Below, piece after piece: positions 40,984 to 46,983 of a stretch of 46,983 nucleotides of DNA. Each line of letters starts with the position of its first letter. Position 1 is the first letter of the stretch. Under the pieces are notes generated by a model that saw only the letters and a list, made by a program, of their open reading frames with translations, was not told the origin of the DNA and made no database searches. Made by a program: the position numbers and the translations under genes. This DNA comes from Candidatus Tenderia sp. (GTDB lineage Bacteria > Pseudomonadota > Gammaproteobacteria > Tenderiales > Tenderiaceae): positions 1-46,983 of the forward strand of contig JANOSY010000009.1 of assembly GCA_031416075.1 (NCBI GenBank). The letters are read 5' to 3'.

Positions 40984-41555
40984 TGTTTGCACCCAAAGAT
41001 ATCCCCAACCTGCTGAGTATTGCCCGCATCCTGCTGAGTCTGCCGGTGGCGTGGCTGCTGCTGAACGAACGTTTTAGCGAGGCGCTGTTGCTCTTTTTTA
41101 TCGCCGGGGTGTCGGATGGGCTGGACGGTTATCTGGCCAAACGGTTTGGCTGGCGCAGCCGTCTCGGTTCTATCCTTGATCCGCTGGCGGACAAGACGCT
41201 GCTGGTTACCTCCTTTCTCTGTCTCGTCTGGGTCGGCCTGATTCCATTCTGGCTGTTGGCGCTGGTGATGGGGCGCGATCTGGTGATTGTCTTGGGTGGT
41301 TTGGCCTTCCACTGGTTGATTGGTCGTTACGAGCTGGAGCCCACCTGGGTCAGCAAGCTCAACACGCTGTTGCAGATTACCCTGGTGCTGGCGCTAGTGC
41401 TCTCCAACGGCCTCTACATCTTGCCGGATGCGCTACTGGTTGGGCTGCTCTATGGCGCCTGCTTGACCACGATTTTGAGTGGTATCGATTATATATGGAC
41501 GTGGGGGCGTAAGGCATATCACGCCCGCCATCCAGGTGAAGGAAAGAGCTCATGA
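40983..41555 (+). CDS. CDP-alcohol phosphatidyltransferase family protein
   Basis: IPNLLS..R and SDGLDGYLAKR.....LGSILDPLADK. Confidence 0.93.
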   Translation: MFAPKDIPNLLSIARILLSLPVAWLLLNERFSEALLLFFIAGVSDGLDGYLAKRFGWRSRLGSILDPLADKTLLVTSFLCLVWVGLIPFWLLALVMGRDLVIVLGGLAFHWLIGRYELEPTWVSKLNTLLQITLVLALVLSNGLYILPDALLVGLLYGACLTTILSGIDYIWTWGRKAYHARHPGEGKSS

Positions 41556-42646
41556 GTGATTCGCAAAAATGGTTATTGCTGCTCGGCGTAGCGCTGCTGA
41601 TTGCGCTGCTCTATGCGCTGGGGCCGGTGCTGACACCGTTTTTGGTGGCGGCAGGGCTGGCCTATCTTGGTGATCCGTTGGCCGATCGTCTGGAGGCGCG
41701 CGGACTCTCCCGTACCATGGCGACTGTGGTTGTTTTTGCCGGCATGGGTCTGGCCGTGCTGTTGGTGGTGGCGGTAGTGGTGCCGCTGTTGCAGCAGGAG
41801 CTGGTCGTGCTGGCGAAAAAATTGCCCGGTTATATCGACTGGCTGCAGCAGATCGCGCTGCCGTGGCTGCAGGCGCAGTTCGCCAGTGATTTACCCGTGC
41901 TGGATCTGGCGCAGCTCAAGCAGATCATCATCAGCCACTGGCAACAGGTGGGGGGGGCGGCTGCCAGTATCTCTGCCCGCGTGATGAGTTCGGTGACGGG
42001 CTCCGGCCTGGCGCTGCTCGGTTTTTTTGCCAATCTGGTGCTGATCCCGGTACTTACTTTTTACTTGCTACGCGACTGGGATGTGATGAAGGGGCTTATC
42101 CATCAACTGATCCCGCGCCGTTACGAACCGCGCGCCGTGCATCTGGCCCGTGAGTGTGACGTGGTGCTGGGTGGTTTCATGCATGGCCAGCTGCTGGTGA
42201 TGGCGGCGTTGGGGGTGGTCTACTCCGTTGGCCTGTGGCTGGCGGGGCTCGACATGGCGCTGCTCATCGGTATGATTGCCGGGTTGGTCAGCTTTGTCCC
42301 TTATCTCGGTTTCATTATCGGTGTGGTGCTGGCGGGCATCGCCGCCATCGTGCAATTTCAGGAGCTCATACCGCTGCTCTACGTGTTGCTAGCGCTTGGT
42401 GTTGGCCAGATGCTCGAATCCTTTGTGCTGACGCCCTATCTGCTCGGCGACCGCATCGGTCTGCACCCGGTAGCCGTGATCTTTGCAGTGATGGCGGGCG
42501 GTCAGCTGTTCGGTTTTGTCGGGGTGCTGCTGGCGCTGCCAGCCACCGCTGTACTCATGGTGATAGTGCGGCAATCCATAGAGTACTACCTCGATAGCCA
42601 GGCCCAGAATGGCATTATTAAACAGAGTGGTGATATTAAAAAATGA
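41552..42646 (+). CDS. AI-2E family transporter (PerM-like)
   Basis: LTPF..A..LAYL.DP, FYLLRDW, FVPYLG and LTP.LLGDRIGLHP. Confidence 0.92.
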   Translation: MSDSQKWLLLLGVALLIALLYALGPVLTPFLVAAGLAYLGDPLADRLEARGLSRTMATVVVFAGMGLAVLLVVAVVVPLLQQELVVLAKKLPGYIDWLQQIALPWLQAQFASDLPVLDLAQLKQIIISHWQQVGGAAASISARVMSSVTGSGLALLGFFANLVLIPVLTFYLLRDWDVMKGLIHQLIPRRYEPRAVHLARECDVVLGGFMHGQLLVMAALGVVYSVGLWLAGLDMALLIGMIAGLVSFVPYLGFIIGVVLAGIAAIVQFQELIPLLYVLLALGVGQMLESFVLTPYLLGDRIGLHPVAVIFAVMAGGQLFGFVGVLLALPATAVLMVIVRQSIEYYLDSQAQNGIIKQSGDIKK

Positions 42647-43365
42647 GTTCCAGGGCGCCAACACCCGTAGTGCAACAGCTGGCCCTGCGCATGTGGCTGC
42701 GAGAATCGGCCACCTTTGCTAATTACGTCTATGGCAGCAACGGCCAGGTGGTCACCTCGTTGCAGCAGGCCTGTGGCGGGGGTGCCGAGCGCTTCATCTA
42801 TCTTTGGGGCAGCAACAGCGTCGGCAAAAGCCACCTGCTGCAGGCCGCCTGTCATGCCGCCACGGCGGCGGGAGAGGGGAGTGTCTATCTGCCACTGAGT
42901 GAACCCGGTCTGGTGCCAGAGATGCTGGACGGGCTGGAGCAGATGGCGGTAGTGGCGGTCGATAATCTTGACGCCATAGCCGGTAATCGTGGCTGGGAGA
43001 CCGCGTTGTTTCACCTCTACAATCGCATCCGTGATCAAGGCCACGGTGTGCTGCTGGTGGCCGCCAACCAGCCACTGCCGGCACAGCCATTGACACTGCC
43101 CGACCTGCACTCACGTCTGGCGTGGGGATTGGTATTTCAGCTCCACAGCTTGAGTGACGCCGAAAAGTTGGCAGCGTTGCAACAGCGTGCCGATCAGCGC
43201 GGTTTTGAGTTGAGTGAAGAGGTGGGGCGCTACCTGTTACGCCATTATCAACGTGATATGACGGCGCTGTTTGAGTTGTTGGAGCTGCTCGATCAACGTT
43301 CCCTGGCGCAGCAGCGCCGCCTCACCATCCCGTTTGTTAAAGAAGTGATAGGAACCGAATCATGA
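42643..43365 (+). CDS. hda: DnaA regulatory inactivator Hda
   Basis: Clamp-binding motif [29 protein letters not shown] and LTIPFVK. Confidence 0.95.
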   Translation: MSSRAPTPVVQQLALRMWLRESATFANYVYGSNGQVVTSLQQACGGGAERFIYLWGSNSVGKSHLLQAACHAATAAGEGSVYLPLSEPGLVPEMLDGLEQMAVVAVDNLDAIAGNRGWETALFHLYNRIRDQGHGVLLVAANQPLPAQPLTLPDLHSRLAWGLVFQLHSLSDAEKLAALQQRADQRGFELSEEVGRYLLRHYQRDMTALFELLELLDQRSLAQQRRLTIPFVKEVIGTES

Positions 43366-44207
43366 GCCAGCCCCAAATCCCGCCCCAGCCCAAAACAGTT
43401 ACCGAAAATGTCCGCACCGCTCTGGTGGAGGATATTGGCAGCGGAGACCTCACCGCCGCATTGATCCCTGTTGATGCCCAGGCTGAAGCCTACGTGATCA
43501 CCCGCGAGGCGGCGGTGGTCTGTGGTCGCCCCTGGGTTGACGAGGTATTTCGTCAGCTTGATACGCGGGTGCAGATCGAATGGCAGGTGCAAGAGGGCGA
43601 TTGGGTCACGCCAGATCAGGAGCTATTCCGTCTGCGCGGCAGCGCCCGGGCGCTGCTCACCGGTGAACGCACCGCGCTCAATTTTCTGCAAACACTCTCT
43701 GGTACCGCCACTGAGGCACGGCGCTGGGCCGAGCTTGTCGCCGACCTGCCGGTCAAAATTCTCGATACCCGCAAGACCCTCCCTGGCCTGCGCGACGCAC
43801 AAAAATATGCCGTGCGTTGCGGCGGCTGCCACAACCACCGCCATGGCCTTTATGACGGTGTGTTGATCAAAGAGAATCACATCCACGCCGCCGGTTCCAT
43901 CACCCAGGCCGTCACCAAGGTGCGTCCCTACGCCCAAGGCAGACTGGTAGAGGTCGAGGTGGAAAACATTAACGAACTGCAAGAGGCGCTGGCAGCAGGC
44001 GCCGACATCATCATGCTCGACAATTTTACGTTAGAGCAGATCCATCAAGCCGTCGCCATCAACCGTGGCAAGGCCAACCTCGAAGTCTCCGGCAACGTCT
44101 CGCTCGAAACAGTACGGAGACTGGCCGAGACCGGCGTTGATTTCATCTCCACCGGCGCGTTGACCAAACATCTGCGCGCGGTTGATCTGTCGATGCGGTT
44201 TGTTTGA
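43362..44207 (+). CDS. nadC: Quinolinate phosphoribosyltransferase
   Basis: [33 protein letters not shown] and IMLDNF. Confidence 0.98.
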   Translation: MSQPQIPPQPKTVTENVRTALVEDIGSGDLTAALIPVDAQAEAYVITREAAVVCGRPWVDEVFRQLDTRVQIEWQVQEGDWVTPDQELFRLRGSARALLTGERTALNFLQTLSGTATEARRWAELVADLPVKILDTRKTLPGLRDAQKYAVRCGGCHNHRHGLYDGVLIKENHIHAAGSITQAVTKVRPYAQGRLVEVEVENINELQEALAAGADIIMLDNFTLEQIHQAVAINRGKANLEVSGNVSLETVRRLAETGVDFISTGALTKHLRAVDLSMRFV

Positions 44208-44215
44208 CGTAAATC

Positions 44216-44914
44216 ATGGCCCAAATTTTAATCGTTGAGGATGAGCCTGCAATAGCTGATACGTTGATCTATGCGTTGCAGCAAGAAGGTTTTGCCACGG
44301 TCTGGGTGAGTCTTGCAGGAGCGGCGCTGGAGTATGTTCAGAAAAATCCCGTTGATCTGGTTGTGTTGGATGTGGGGTTGCCGGACATCAGTGGCTTTGA
44401 GGCGTGCAGGCGTCTGCGCCGTTTCTCCGATGTCCCCGTTATCTTTCTCACTGCGCGTGGGGACGAGGTGGATCGAATAGTGGGGCTGGAGATAGGGGCT
44501 GATGACTATGTGGTAAAACCTTTTAGTCCACGTGAAGTAGCTGCGCGGGTGAGAGCCATACTCAAACGTATTTCCCCTCCTGATCAATTGCCGCTGCCAG
44601 ATACTGGTTCATTGATTGGAAATCTATTCCAGATAGATCATGAGCGTTTTCAGATTCGCTTCCGTAACCAACCGCTCAACCTGACTCGCCATGAGTTCCG
44701 ACTGTTGCAGGCATTGCTGTCTCAGCCGGATAGGGTGCTGAGTCGTGAGCAGCTATTGAATGCTGTGGGTGTAACAGTGGAGGCGGGTTACGAACGTAGT
44801 ATTGATGGCCACATTAAAAGTCTGCGTGCCAAGTTGAGAGAGATTTCGGTCGATGCCGAACCCATTCAGACTCACCGTGGATTTGGTTATAGCTACAGCC
44901 CGGCGCACAGCTGA
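44216..44914 (+). CDS. creB: Two-component response regulator CreB
   Basis: OmpR-type, with VEDEPAIADTLIYAL, LDVGLPD and PIQTHRG; directly upstream of creC. Confidence 0.9.
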   Translation: MAQILIVEDEPAIADTLIYALQQEGFATVWVSLAGAALEYVQKNPVDLVVLDVGLPDISGFEACRRLRRFSDVPVIFLTARGDEVDRIVGLEIGADDYVVKPFSPREVAARVRAILKRISPPDQLPLPDTGSLIGNLFQIDHERFQIRFRNQPLNLTRHEFRLLQALLSQPDRVLSREQLLNAVGVTVEAGYERSIDGHIKSLRAKLREISVDAEPIQTHRGFGYSYSPAHS

Positions 44915-46338
44915 TGCCATTGGGTATTCGCATTTTTCTGGTCTATTTTCTGTTCGTTGGCTTGAGTGGCTATTTTATGTTGAGCACGGTGATGGATGAG
45001 ATTCGTCCGGGAGTGCGCCAATCTACCGAAGAGACACTGGTAGATACGGCCAACCTGCTCGCACTCATACTGCGTGAAGAGATTAAAACGGGCACACTTA
45101 GTCAAAGTAGATTTCCCGCCCTGATGGCGCTTTATGGACAACATCAGGTACAAGCCAATATCTGGGGTATACACAAAACCGGAATTACTAACCGCATTTA
45201 TGTCACTGACCGCAACGGTATTGTGCTGCTGGACTCCAGTGAGCAGGCGGTGGGAGAAGATTACTCTCGTTGGAATGATGTTTACCTGACGCTGCATGGT
45301 CAATATGGGGCGCGTTCAACCCCCGCAGTATTGGGCGATGAGAGTACCACCGTGATGTATGTGGCCGCGCCAATCGTAGATGAGGGGGAGATTATCGGTG
45401 TGGTATCGGTGGCCAAGCCCAACAGTAGTCTGCAACCCTATATTGATCGCTCACAACGGCGGTTGAGTTGGCTGGGAGGCGGTCTGGTTGTTCTGGGTTT
45501 GCTGGTTGGTGGTCTGCTCTCCTGGTGGTTAAGTGGCGCATTACGCCGAATGACGGCGTATGCCGAGGCGGTGAGCAATGGGCGGCGTGCCGAGTTACCC
45601 ACGTACCGTGGGAGTGAGCTGGCGCAATTGACAGTGGCACTGGAGAACATGCGTGTCCAGTTGGAGGGTAAGGCCTATGTTGAGCGTTATGTACAAACCC
45701 TGACCCATGAACTGAAAAGCCCGCTGGCTGCCATTCGTGGTGCGGCGGAATTGTTGCAGGGGGATATGCCTCATGAACAACGTAACCATTTTATTGCCAA
45801 TATTGATGATGAAAGTAGACGTTTGCAGCAGTTGATTGAGCGTTTGCTGAATCTGGCGCTGGTGGAGCAGCGTCAGGTGCTGGAAGAGCATGTCGAGATA
45901 CCTCTATATGAATTGGCTGATGAGCTGATTCAGTCACAGTCGGCGCGTATTCTTAATGTTGGTCTGACGGTAGAAAATAGAATTCCAAAGGGTCTGTCTG
46001 TTTGTGGCGAGCGCTTTCTGTTGCGCCAAGCAGTGGCAAATTTACTCGATAACGCCATTGACTTTAGCTCTCCGGGTGGTTTGATCTGTTTTAGCGCTGA
46101 GCGCCGTGATAAAGAGTTGATAGTGGCGGTTATTAACCAAGGAACACAGATCCCTGATTATGCACTGCCGCGCCTGACAGAACGTTTCTACTCTCTGCCT
46201 CGTCCTGCCACGGGTCGTAAAAGCACGGGGCTTGGATTGAATTTTGTGCAGGAGGTGGCTGATCTGCATGGGGGGAGTCTAATAATTCACAATAGGGTAG
46301 ACGGGGTGGAAGTGCAGTTGATACTGCCAATGGCTTAA
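44914..46338 (+). CDS. creC: Sensor histidine kinase CreC
   Basis: GEDYSRWNDVYLTL.G.YGARS, YVE.YV..LTHELKSPLAAI and ERFYSLPRP....KSTGLGL. Confidence 0.95.
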   Translation: MPLGIRIFLVYFLFVGLSGYFMLSTVMDEIRPGVRQSTEETLVDTANLLALILREEIKTGTLSQSRFPALMALYGQHQVQANIWGIHKTGITNRIYVTDRNGIVLLDSSEQAVGEDYSRWNDVYLTLHGQYGARSTPAVLGDESTTVMYVAAPIVDEGEIIGVVSVAKPNSSLQPYIDRSQRRLSWLGGGLVVLGLLVGGLLSWWLSGALRRMTAYAEAVSNGRRAELPTYRGSELAQLTVALENMRVQLEGKAYVERYVQTLTHELKSPLAAIRGAAELLQGDMPHEQRNHFIANIDDESRRLQQLIERLLNLALVEQRQVLEEHVEIPLYELADELIQSQSARILNVGLTVENRIPKGLSVCGERFLLRQAVANLLDNAIDFSSPGGLICFSAERRDKELIVAVINQGTQIPDYALPRLTERFYSLPRPATGRKSTGLGLNFVQEVADLHGGSLIIHNRVDGVEVQLILPMA

Positions 46339-46351
46339 ACACTGCACAAAC

Positions 46352-46378
46352 TTCACGGAAAGATCACCAGTTCTCCAC
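46352..46378 (+). promoter_or_regulatory. cre-tag-like CreB binding repeats upstream of creD
   Basis: TTCAC (46352), ATCAC (46363) and TCCAC (46374) at 11-bp spacing; the consensus is TTCAC-N6-TTCAC. Confidence 0.65.
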
Positions 46379-46445
46379 ACACCACGCATCAACCTCTCAC
46401 ACTACTACATCACACTCTCCTTACATTACATAGAAGGAGAAAGTT

Positions 46446-46865
46446 ATGAATCGTACCCTCGCAATAAAACTCGGCACTATCGCACTATTGATGGTTTTGC
46501 TTATGCTTCCGTTAAGCATGATAGATGGCCTGATTAATGAACGTCAGGCTCAACGTGAACAGGTCGTTCGGGAAATTGCCCGTAGCTCCAGTTATAGCCA
46601 GACAATTACCGGGCCATTGCTGGTGGTGCCCTACCATAAGAAGGTGCGTGAATGGAAAGTAGATCCGAAAACTCAAGAGAGATTTCTGGTGGAGAATGAA
46701 GTTGGTGGGAGGCTCTACTTCCTGCCAGAGATATTTGAGTTGGCTGGTGACGTGAAGACTGAGCTGAGAGCCCGTGGAATCTATGAAGCACGTCTTTATC
46801 ATGCTGACAGTCAGATCAAAGGCCATTTTGAGTTGCCAATGCAACTAGTGTACTGTAACAAATAG
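46446..46865 (+). pseudogene. creD: Inner-membrane protein CreD, truncated by an IS insertion
   Basis: CreD N-terminus (LI.ERQ, QTITGP.LVVPY, YFLPE, RGIYEA.LY) but only 139 aa, against roughly 450 aa for full CreD. The tail LVYCNK* is read from the IS end. Confidence 0.88.
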
Positions 46866-46983
46866 TGTGATCATATATAATAGCGCTACTCCTTCCTTAT
46901 TTTCTGGTGCGCTGACTATGCCTGTCCCCGTTGCTATCTCACTCACAGAAGAAGAACGCCAAGAATTTCATCGCTGTTGTCGT
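46846..46983 (+). mobile_element. Probable IS630-family insertion sequence, left end; runs off the window
   Basis: CreD similarity stops at CTAG (46845-46848), a known IS630-type target. GTGTACTGTAACAAATAG... follows, then a new ORF. Confidence 0.7.
46918..46983 (+). CDS. Probable IS630-family transposase, N-terminal fragment (partial)
   Basis: MPVPVAISLTEEERQEFHRCCR resembles the I-x-L-T-x-E-E-R-x-x-L start of IS630 transposases. Only 22 codons are visible. Confidence 0.65.
   Translation, partial: MPVPVAISLTEEERQEFHRCCR

Overview
A gammaproteobacterial chromosomal segment made mostly of housekeeping genes: psd, pncC-recA-recX-alaS-aspartokinase-csrA-tRNA-Ser-tRNA-Arg, hisC, fabV, rnfABCDGE/nth, metG, apbC-dcd, purMN, hda-nadC and creBCD. 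Both window edges fall inside insertion sequences. At the left, an IS911-like IS3 element supplies the last 9 codons and the stop codon of psd. At the right, a probable IS630-family element truncates creD. The main observation is a 5104-bp transposase-free element (14091-19194) between fabV and a DUF1841 gene. It has 36-bp imperfect terminal inverted repeats (TGTAGTAGTT...), an exact 7-bp flanking duplication (GATTAGG), and an intact Avs4 anti-phage STAND ATPase-nuclease gene as its only cargo. The avs4 gene is itself bracketed by two apparent halves of a palindromic recombination site (GAAGCGGAC ... GTCCGCTTC). This suggests a MITE of about 158 bp acting as a landing pad for a defence cassette, which is an inference. 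Other accessory-looking pieces are a cheX-cheY pair with a sigma-28-type promoter, an AT-rich two-gene block splitting rnfE from nth, and an orphan secreted protein between metG and apbC. All calls come from reading the sequence and recalled family knowledge; no searches were run.
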